NCBI RefSeq assembly: GCF_009834535.1
Contig: NC_045705.1
Span: 64,790,001-64,854,000 of the forward strand
DNA: 64,000 bases
Reading direction: 5' to 3'
Source of the DNA: Camelus ferus
Taxonomy: Eukaryota
The position numbers were made by a program, and so were the translations under genes. Positions within the stretch are counted from its first letter, which is position 1. Every line of letters starts with the position of its first letter. This document shows positions 54,428-64,000 of this stretch, in pieces. The notes beneath the pieces are model-generated. The model had not been told where the DNA came from. It made no database searches and saw only the letters and a list, made by a program, of their open reading frames with translations.

Positions 54428-56364
54428 TTACTTCTTCTGGGGTGTGCTCAGCTTCTGCATGCCCCGGATCTTGTCCAGCAGGCCAGAGATGAAGGCCTGG
54501 AGGGAGGAAGGACATTAGGGAGACCAGACCCTGAGATGACAGGACCCCAGGCTCCTCACCCCACCGTTGGGGAAAACCACTTCCTTACCTCAGTGGGTTT
54601 GTAACAGTCAACCAGCAGCTCCTAGTGGGGCATGGGGAATAAGGGTAACTATGAGTTCTCAAGAACGTGGACCTACAGTTCACCAGTACTCATTCACAAG
54701 GCACTGGGGCCACCCTGAGGCACAGGAGATGCCACAGCTCCTGAACAGCTAAGCAAGTACCATTAACCCCATTTGATGGAGGCAGAAGCTGAGGCCCAAG
54801 ATCACAGAGTTGGCTAGCTCGGATCAAAGAAGGTGTGGCTCCCAGAGGCTTGCTTACCCAAGGGGCAGTGCCTCCAGGAAGTCCTCTATCTCCTGCTCCC
54901 CTGACCCGGCCCTGCTACCTCCTACCCACTCTCACCTTGACCCTGGCAGCCCGAGTATCATCGCTCTCCATGTCCAGGAGTTCGTCCACATCAATCTCCA
55001 GCTCTGGGATCTCCTCTTCCTGGGGTGGGGGTAGGGGAGGAGGGAGAGATAAGGGCCTAAGTTGGGAGAGAGGGTGTGAGAGGGGCTCCCCGGCTGAGGC
55101 CCTTGCCTACTGCAGAGGAGACAGCCCTCTTTGCCCAGCAGACAGCGGCAGCTGCTCCAAGGAAGAAAACAGATCAGGCTCGTGCCAAGGCAAACTGCCC
55201 GATGGGGGGAGCTTCCTGTCCATGCCAATTGGGCACTCTGGGTGCCAGACAACTAGGGCTGGGGATCCTGGGCTGGGAACCTCACAGATGTGTCTCCCCA
55301 ACTTCCGGGCCCCCCATCTCAACCAGAGCACAGGTGGGGCCAGCTGTCCCAGCTCATCACAGCCCCTTCCCCTCCCCCAAACACCTGTCACAGCTTCCCG
55401 GGAGTGAGGAGGAAGTGAAGGGTGAGGGGTCAGTGAGAAGGGCCTGGTAAAGGGAAAACAAAGAGCCCATGCTTTGCTGAGGGAGGGGGTCCTCGCCACC
55501 CCTCTCCCGCCAGGAAGCGTCTCTACTGTCTGCAGCCAGCTGCTTTTCAGGGCTGGGCTAGGGTAGGCAGCACAGAGCAAGCCCACTCCTCCACCCTGCC
55601 CCCCGGGGCCTGAGTCACCATCGGAGCAAGGAACGAGTCATGGGGTGGAGAACCAGAACCCAGAGAGTGGGCTAGTCTGCCCTCATGCAAAGATGGAGCT
55701 CCAGGTTAGCCCACTAGAATAAGCAAAACCGTACCCCCACCAACCAGGCTAGCACCTTTTAACCAGTTTAGGCTAGCAGGCAATAAGTAGACCCCCTTCC
55801 ACTGCCAGCCTAGACGAGCCCCATATCTCCTGTCCAAGGCCCAGGTTATTCCTTGAGGTTTCTAGAGGACTCCAAGCTAGACCAGGTAGTAGCATGAGAC
55901 AGGGTCTGGGGCAGCGGATAAGAAAGGAGTGACTTAGGTCAGATAAGAAAGAGCATATACCAGGGGCGGGGAGTACGGAGAACAGGGGAGCGCGAGGAAG
56001 CGGAGCGCCCATTGACTTCGGGTGACACACAGGCTCAAGGTGGGGTTCCCAGACGACCCAAATCGGGAACAATTTTAGGGTGTCGGGCGCAGGGTGGGGG
56101 ACACACCTGGCAGTCGTAGAGACGAGTGAGCTGCTCCAGGATCCACTCCTCCAGGTTGAGGCGCTTCCGTAGCTCCTTGCGGTCGTACTTGACCGTGACC
56201 TTCCCCTGGCGCCTCACTGGGCCCTCGTCGTCCGCGCCGCCCGGGCCCTCGCCTGCAGCCCCAGGCGGGCTCTGAAAATAGACGCGGGGCCCTGGGCCGC
56301 CACTACCCGGCCCGGGGGCCGGGGCCGCCAACGCCGCGCCCCCCGCGGGGCCGCTGTCCGCCAT
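54428..56364 (-). CDS. PPP1R14B: Protein phosphatase 1 regulatory inhibitor subunit 14B (PHI-1), 4 exons, 147 aa
   Basis: Minus-strand exons 56107-56364, 54936-55019, 54589-54621, 54428-54496; total 444 nt. MADSGPAGGAALAAP...RRQGKVTVKYDRKELRKRLNLEEWI...KIRGMQKLSTPQKK*. Confidence 0.98.
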
Positions 56365-57400
56365 GGCGGCCGCCGGGGCCACGTGCGCGCGTCGAGCCCC
56401 TCCCTGCGCCGCCGCCTCCGGGACGCCCGCCGGCTGGCACCGGGCCGCTGGCTCGGGTTAGCTCGTGCCCTCGGCTCCGTGCGGCTCCGCGGCGAGGGCG
56501 GCGGCGGGGGCGCCCGGGGGCAGCTGCAGCATGCGGAGCCCCCGGGCCTGGCCTGGCCGCGCCCCGCCCCCTCCCCACCGATCCGCCCGCCCTTTGTCCC
56601 CCACGGCCGCCGCCCGAGCCGCCGCCGCCGCCGCCGCCGCCGCCGAAGCCGAAGCCGCTTTCTCTGTCTCGATCGCTTCCCCGCCCCCCGACCACACCCC
56701 CTTAAAGGGCCAGTCCCGCAGCACGCGCCTCGCCCCCACTCCGCCCCCGGACAGGGGCTAGGGGAGGGTCTAATCGTCAGTGATTTGCGCTTGACTTTCC
56801 GTTATCTCAGTTAACTTTCCTGCCCCAAACCCTGGTGTTCTCAGCGTCTGGTACCAGAATTTGGGCTCCTGCGGGGAACCTAGTGTTCTGTCCTCACTGA
56901 AGCAGAATCAGGGGCTGTCTGGAAATAGAAGGGATTGGGCACTGTGCGCAGGTCAGAGGTCCCGAGAGGAGACGTGGGAGCCCCGGACGTCTGGGTCCTT
57001 CAGCCCTTGGCCAGCGGGGAGTGAGCAGGCTTCTCCGCGGGGACAGACACGTGGACCGGGCTCCTGGAGGTAGAGGAGTAGAAAAGGCGGGCAGGAACTG
57101 CCCAGGTCACCAGAAGCCCTACTCGTCGGGGTCGGCTCCCCCCATGATGGAGGCCTGGGTTGGGAGTGAGCTGAGCCGTCCAGGCGGCCAGAAGGGTCAG
57201 ACCCCAGGCCGCCACCGCCCACCGGCCAAGATGGCTTCAGGGAACGGAATTATGGGAAGTGTAGTTCATAGGGTCGGGTCCCGCATGGCCACCCCTCCCC
57301 CGCGGCGGAGCCGGGGCGGGGAAGCGCAAAACTTGTTTGGAGCGCCTTCGTAGGGCTTGGTCTCCACAGGGCGCTGCCCTCCGCACAGCGCAACGTAAAG
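55950..57400 (-). promoter_or_regulatory. PPP1R14B CpG island, exon 1 and upstream promoter region
   Basis: CpG-dense; GC boxes; TTTAA TATA-like element near 56700; ZNF143-type and YY1-type motifs at about 57.23-57.27 kb. Confidence 0.75.
56618..56644. repeat. (GCC)9 trinucleotide repeat (CGG on the PPP1R14B sense strand), probable 5'UTR
   Basis: Nine perfect GCC units followed by GAAGCC x2. Confidence 0.9.
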
Positions 57401-60400
57401 AGCTGGGAAGTGGAGGAGCTGGAACTGACAATAATAAATATAATAATAACAGCTGACCCTAATAAGCGTTCCTACAGACGGCTCCACATAATCGGTTCCA
57501 GCAGAACTGACTCCCGCAGATCCTCGGCCTAAGTCTCCTTCCGTCCTTAAGATCTCACAGGCACCTTACCTGGCCCACCCTTCTTAAGCAGACCCTGCAT
57601 CTCATTCCCGCACCCGGTTTGATTTTCTGTATCTTTAAACAGTCTCTCTCATTCATTTGTTCATTGTCTGGCTCCCATTTCTCGACTATGAGCTCCACAA
57701 GGCTGAGACTCTTGTTTACTGCTGATGCCCGTGGTTGAATGGGCCTGCTCAGCTTCAAATCCATGTATATCATGCAAATTACCTGATTCTTGCTGAACTC
57801 TCAGCGCCTATGTCAGACTCACAGTAGGTGTTCCATAACTATTGCTTGAAGGAATGACCAAATAAAAGAATGAATGGCTTCCTCTGTGCCTCCATTTCCT
57901 TGGAAGGTTGTGGCAAAGATTAAATAGGAAAATGCATGGAAGGTCAATGACTCTACCACAGGTGTTAATTAAGTCACACAGCCCTAAATTACAGAGCCAA
58001 ATGGAGGTGGAGCTCAGGCCCCCTGGCACAAAGTCTGTACTCATACAACAGCCCAACGTTGTGCAGCTCTGTTTGGAACGCTTCCACAGACAGCAGGCTC
58101 ACCCTCTGCAGTCCCAAGCAGAGTCTCAGGGTCTGAGAATCAGTAAGTCCCAGCCCCTCACAGACATCCTCTCTCTGGATGCCAGAGGAACCCTCTGCAG
58201 CAGGTGGAGTTCACAGAGAGGTTGAGACTGGCCCAGGGTTAGCACAGCTGGTGCTGCAGACAAACTTGAACCCAGGACTTTAGGCTTACCTGTAGTTGGG
58301 GAGAACAGACAATGAGAAGGCAGAGGCTGAGAATGGTATGTGTGTGTGTCAAAGGGTACTTGCCAGGTGAGCTTCTGCCTGAGAGGACCAGGGAGGGGGC
58401 AGACTCATGGGGCTCAGTCCAGAGTTAACACCTCCTCCCTCCCCAGACCCTTATATGGCCTTAGCCTCCCTTCAGCTAGCCTGGGGGGGGGGGGCAGGGA
58501 AGGGCTGACCCTTGTTCTTGCAGATTAGACAGTACACACCCTTTCTAAGAGAGCCCCATCCCCAGCCTGGCCTCTGGCTCCAACCTTGGCCTGATGGCCG
58601 AAGCAATTTATCCAAGTCCAAATTCCCCACCACACCCCACCACACCTGACCTCACCCCACCAGGGAGGGTATGTTCTTTCTGAACCAGAACATTGAATAG
58701 GGCCTTGGGGATACACATAGTCAAGAGGGAGGATATACCATAGTTTGTTGTGGAGTGGGGCCTATAAGCGGTGAAGACCTGGGTCCCAGCTCTAGCTTTG
58801 CCCCTCAGATGCTGTGACCCTGAGCCGTGATCTTCCTGTCCCCACTCCCCTCAAGGCTGGTGTGAAGGCCTCCTGTCTTGTCCAAATTTCAAGGTATCCC
58901 CTGGGGGTTATCTGGGCAGGATCGGAGGAGCTGGGGGTGCTCTTCCTGACTCTCCCCCTCTCCACCTCCTATGCCCACCCCCAGGCCACTCCCAGATTCC
59001 TAGGGCTGACTCCCCTGCCCATCCAGTCCCTTCCCATGGCCACCTACCCTGCAAACAATTAATGTAGACAGCCATGATGACCTGCAGCCATCTTGGAGGA
59101 TGGGCTGCCCTGCACAGAAATTTGGAGTTGAAGAAATGGGTTCTAATCCTGCCTCTGCCCACTAGGCTGAGAGGCCATGGGCACGTCACTTAGCTGTCCT
59201 GAGCCTCCTCAAGGGGGCTGGTTCTGCTGACTTCTGGTGGTTGGGGGTCAAGGTCGGTGCTCCTAGACCATATCCCAGCCCCTGCTTTCCTGCCTGAACT
59301 CTTCTGGGACTGGATCCTACCACCACTGCTGCTCTTCATTCTTCCAGCCTCAGGCTGTGGCCTCCCCAGCCCCACCCTTCTTGGGGTCCTGGAGCCCCTT
59401 CACCAGAGGGCAGCTAAAGAGGCTTTCAGAACCTCCTTAAAGCAGAGGCCCTGGGGAGGGTCCAGTGGGCTGAGACTGCTCCCTTAATTGAGGGTAGAGG
59501 CTGGAAAGGCTGCCTTCCTTCCACTATTACTGCTTGCCGAGAAACCCTATTACCATTAAGAAAGGCTGGAAGAAAGTGTCCAAGGAGGAAGGAGCCCTCT
59601 AATGGGGGCTGCCCTGGCCTCAGGAGACACAGGGGTGGAGGGAGAGGGAGAGAGGCTCAGGCCCAGGAAATAGGCTCCCATCCCGTTTTCCAAGGAGCTG
59701 CTGCTTAGAGCCTCTATCCCTAAGCTCACACCCTGGCTCTAGGCCCTGCTAGCCCTGGTACTGGCTGGCAGTCCCCCTGTCCCAGAGCTGATCTAGCTCT
59801 TTCCTCCTTCCTCCCTGATATTCCCACAGCCTGCTCTCCATTCTTTAGATATCCACCTGTCTATAGCCAGGGGTTATCTCATACCCGTTTGCTTATTTCA
59901 TTCTCTGACAACCTTTAGCTTCTGGACAAGGTTACTGAGGCACCAAGAGACTAGGTTCTGCCGGTAGACTTGAACCCAAGCCAGCAGAGGCAGAGGCCAA
60001 TCTTCACCCTGCATGGCTCTACCCAATGAGACCTCGTGGTCTCTGAGTCTCCGAGGAGTACAGCTCTGTTGCTCTGGTGAAACAGAACAAAGACCACAAG
60101 TCCTGGCCCCCTTTCTTTTGTCTCCTCAAGGGTAAGGAGTAAAAGCAGGACATAAGCCGGCCTTCAGGACAGAGGGCTGAAATCCTTAGGAAGCTGTGTG
60201 TGACCTTGGGCAAGTCCCTTCCCCTCTCCGGGCCTCAAGTAGAGATAATAATCACATCCCACAGGGCCTCAGCCAAAGGCTAGGAGATCTGTTAGATTAC
60301 AGTTGGGACCCAGTATGCTGGGGATTTTGAGGATGGCCAGCACCAGGCAGGGTTCCCCTTGAGGGTCTGAGAGCCTGGGGCAAAGGGGCCTGCAGGGCTG

Positions 60401-60430
60401 GCTCCTCCTTGTCTGACCCCTCCTCCCCCA

Positions 60431-60570
60431 NNNNNNNNNNNNNNNNNNNNNNNNNNNNNNNNNNNNNNNNNNNNNNNNNNNNNNNNNNNNNNNNNNNNNN
60501 NNNNNNNNNNNNNNNNNNNNNNNNNNNNNNNNNNNNNNNNNNNNNNNNNNNNNNNNNNNNNNNNNNNNNN
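60431..60570. other. Assembly gap (140 N) upstream of PLCB3
   Basis: Run of N. Confidence 1.
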
Positions 60571-60879
60571 AAGCCCTGCGGGAGGGGCTGCAGCCCCCAC
60601 CCATCCCAGTGCCCATGTGCCTTCCCTGCTCCCACCCCTGGAACGCAGCAGATTTCAGGGCACTGCTGTGGGCCAAGCATGGCAGAGCCCCTCCTTAACC
60701 CTCCTTGTTCGTGGACACCCACCGGGCTCTGACCCCTCTGGGAAAAAGACCAGCCATCCCCTTAGCAGTTTGTAATCAGAAATCTCACAGGGACAGGCTC
60801 CAGGCTGGGTCATAGGGGTCCGTGGAACAAGAAGGGGGCTGTTCCATGGCTTGCTCTGGAAAGCCAGGGTGCTTGGGTC

Positions 60880-61850
60880 CTCAAAGGAGGCAGCAGGCGC
60901 CTGGCCTCCCAGGGCTAGAGACGGGGTGGGGGGGGGGGGGCGCCTGCCGGCGGGAGGCCCATTAGCTTGCTAAGTGCTCCCAGGGAGCGGGGACTGAGCT
61001 GCTGCGGGGTGGGGGGGGGGGAGAGGCGAAGTGAGGGCAGAGAGAAGGGTGGGAGTGGCTTTTCCAGCACTCAGCTAAGTGCTGCCCGAGTGGAGTGGGT
61101 GGCAGGTCTTTGCGCCCCTCGGCCCAAGTCTTGCCCTCCAGAAGTACCCCGCCCCCGCCCCTGAGAAAACTTAGCGTGCTGACCCCGGCCCGTCTTCAGC
61201 ACAGCCCTCTACACCCAGTCCCTTCAGCCGCACCCCAACAGATCCCCTCATCGACACGCGCTCTCCCCCCACCCCGGGTGGGTTCAGCTGAACCCCCCAG
61301 CGAATTGCCCGGGTCCAGGCGTGCCCACGCCCCATTCCTCCTCCGGCTGCAACCGCCGCCCCCGCCGCCAGGGGGAGCCGACGCGGGGCGGGCGGGCCTG
61401 ACGCCGTGGGAGGGGGCGGGACCTCAGCCGCCCCGCCCCCGCCCCGCCCCGCCCGGGCCCCGCCGATTCTCTGGTCTGTCCCGGACAGACTGGCGGGCGG
61501 GCGCTGACGCCGCCGGGCCGAAGCGGGCCGCGCGGGAGCCCGCGGAGGGAGCAGCGGCGCCGTCGGTTCCCGTCGGGGCTCTGTGGGTCCCCGACCCGCC
61601 CCCGGCCTGGCCATGGCGGGCGCCAGGCCCGGCGTCCACGCGCTGCAGCTGGAGCCGCCCACCGTCGTGGAGACCCTGCGGCGCGGGAGTAAGTTCATCA
61701 AATGGGACGAGGTAAGCGCAGGGGCCCCCTGTTCCGCCCAGATCCGGGGACCCCCTCACTCCAGCTCGGCCAGACGCCGGGGACCCTCAGCCCAGACTCG
61801 CCTGGCCACCGCGCCCCCCCATCTCAGCCTAGCTGCACTCCGGAAGCTTG
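60880..61850 (+). promoter_or_regulatory. PLCB3 promoter CpG island with GC-box/G4 tract and CTCF-like site
   Basis: CCCCG repeats 61431-61462; CCGCCAGGGGGAGC at 61365-61378; poly-G runs near 60925 and 61010. Confidence 0.8.
61613..61711 (+). CDS. PLCB3: Phospholipase C beta 3, first coding exon (33 codons); rest lies beyond the window
   Basis: GCCATGG Kozak; [33 protein letters not shown] then GAG|GTAAGC donor; embedded in a CpG island; synteny after PPP1R14B. Confidence 0.95.
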
Positions 61851-64000
61851 AGTCCCCAATCGTCCCTCTGATGAAGACTTTGTCGTCCCCCCAACTCCAT
61901 CCCCTCATCTTCGGAAAATTTGTCTTTCCATTCCTTGGTCCGGAAACTTCGAACCCCAATAAATCCCGGTCCCTTTATTTTCACTCGCCTTTCCCACCTC
62001 TCCCAGCCCGTATACTTCTGGTTCCCTCAACCCTGGCCTGGTCCCCAGACCCCTGCCCGGCACTGGACTCTTTGGCTCGAGAAATCTGGCCCCCAGTCTG
62101 GCTGAGTGTACTCCCCATTCTGAGTGCGTGCCGCCGGGACCCTACTCTTCCCAGTGCCCTAGTCAGAACATTCTCCTCCATTCATCACTTTTTCACCTTA
62201 TTTTGGCTGGCACCTCTTTGCCCTGCTTCTGGATCCCAGCCCAGCTCCCTCCTCAGGTGGGAGTATCAAGTCACCCCGTAGTGGAGACTTTGCCCCCCAA
62301 GTTCCTCCACCTCTGGGGAACCTTGCTCTCTACTCCTTAGCATCAAGACTTTGAACCCCAATAAATCCTGACCCCCCTTTCTACCTGCAGTGTCCCTGGT
62401 GCTTCCCCGATGCCCCGTTCCCACCTGCGGCTCTGCGACCCGTCCTGCACCTCACCCTCGTTTTCACACCGCCCATTCCTCTGCACCCTGGGCCTCTCCT
62501 TCCCCAGGGCTAACCCCTGCCTGCCTGAGCTTCCTTGCTGCTCCTTCCCAGTCAGGCCGGAGGCCTGGAAGACGCTGGGCTCCTTTCCGGCTGGGTGGGG
62601 CGGGTAGGCGTGGGAGCTGGGGGGAGGGGCTGGGGGCGTGGCCTGAGGTAGCAGGTGTGCCACAGAGGGGTGCCCTGGGCGCCCCAGGGGCTAGAGGAGA
62701 CCCCTCCCCCCAAGGCAGGCCTGAAGGGAAAAGTTTCTCTTTTTCCTTCCAGTGTGATAAACCCAAATAAGGAAGTGGGAACAGGGAGAGGGCCCTGGGG
62801 GTGGGGTGGGGGTTGCTGACAAGGACTTGGGGCCTGAGAGCCTGGGGCCTGGGCTGCCTTTGAGGACCAGGTCCCTGAGGAGGGGCAGGGGGAGGCCCTG
62901 GAGGCAGTACCTACAGAACTCCCCCTCCTCACACTACTGGGGGGCCTCCGCCCCATGGCAGGGTTGGTAATCTCAAACAGGGACTGAGGATGGATGTCAC
63001 CACAGTGAGGTGGGAGGTCCAAGCATCCCAGTAGTTCCCAAGCCTCCTGTCCCCTCAGCCCCCAGATCATTCTCCTGTCCTTTGTAAGCAAAGCCTGAGA
63101 TGGGCGGGGCTGGTGCAGTCCCCATTCTCCAGAAGATTGAAACAGTCTGGAGACTAGAGACTAATCCTAGGCCCACAGTGGGATTGCAGCTAAGGCCAGG
63201 AGCTGGGGGCCTGGTAAGGGTCCTGGTTCCATGCTTCCCAAACCTCGAGACTCTGGGGCTGTACTGTCTGAATGCAGACCTTGCTTCCTCTTCTTGACCT
63301 TAGGCAAACCCAGTAGTTGCCCTGTGCCTCAGTCTCCTTATCTCTAAAATGGGAAGAACACTAGCTCAGACCTTACAGGTTGTTAGGACTAAGTGAGCTC
63401 CTATGTATTAAGTGCTTAGAACCATTCCTGGAACACAGCAGGGGCAGCAAGAGAGTGAGCAGTCCTATTGACCATAGGATCATCCATCAGTGAGCAGCAG
63501 CTTGGGCACCAGGGTGAGGCAGCGTCTTCCACTGGTCTTCCTGGGGCAGGAGATTTCTGCTTTTGGTCACTTGGGCCCTGGCTGAATCTAACCCTCCAAT
63601 GACCACCCCCTCCCTCCAGCTGCTGGTCCTGAGTCACACAGGGTGGCCCTCCTCCCTCAGAAAATGGGGCCAGTGCACCCTTCCCTGCCCTCCCATGAGC
63701 CACAGGGCTGTTTGAGGCATGGTAGAATTCACTGTTGGGTCCTGAGGGCAGGGCGAGTCCCCTTCTAAGGGCACTTAGTCTGTGTTCTGTAAGGTGGGGT
63801 ATGCCACAAAGTTCTAAGGCTCCAGTGGGGTGCAGGGTGGGGGGGTAACAGACTTTGAAGCATGTGTAAGGGGTGACTGGTCATGTGGGGCCGCGAGGGA
63901 CACAGAAGAGCCATGAGGGTCAGGCTTCCGAATCCTCTGCTTTCATTCTGTTTCCCAAGGGGGTGGTAGGGGCTTCAGCCATCAGGGAGCTCTCAGACCT

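Overview
Mammalian genomic DNA, very probably a camelid (alpaca/llama/camel), judged from eight copies of a tRNA-derived SINE resembling the camelid Vic-1 family. The window is the compact gene cluster syntenic with human 11q13.1: STIP1(+), FERMT3(+), TRPT1(-), NUDT22(+), DNAJC4(+), VEGFB(+), FKBP2(+), PPP1R14B(-) and the first coding exon of PLCB3(+). I traced coding exons base by base with GT-AG boundaries. STIP1 (543 aa), FERMT3 (663 aa), TRPT1 (252 aa), NUDT22 (290 aa), DNAJC4 (237/238 aa) and PPP1R14B (147 aa) assemble into complete in-frame CDSs. VEGFB exon 6 and most FKBP2 coding sequence fall in N gaps. The first 5 kb and FERMT3 intron 6 are mostly old repeats (L2, MIR, MLT1, MER20, L1). 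I see no convincing new protein-coding gene or wholly new system; most long ORFs in the track are GC-rich shadow ORFs. The best leads are regulatory: a candidate NMD poison exon in STIP1 intron 5, a stop-disrupted counterpart of the human long STIP1 N-terminus lying over a CCAAT/HSE array, bidirectional poly(A) signals at both convergent gene junctions, stacked uORFs in VEGFB, a duplicated AATAAA module in PLCB3 intron 1, and a CTCF-like site between STIP1 and FERMT3. All comparisons with human proteins are from memory, not from a database search.
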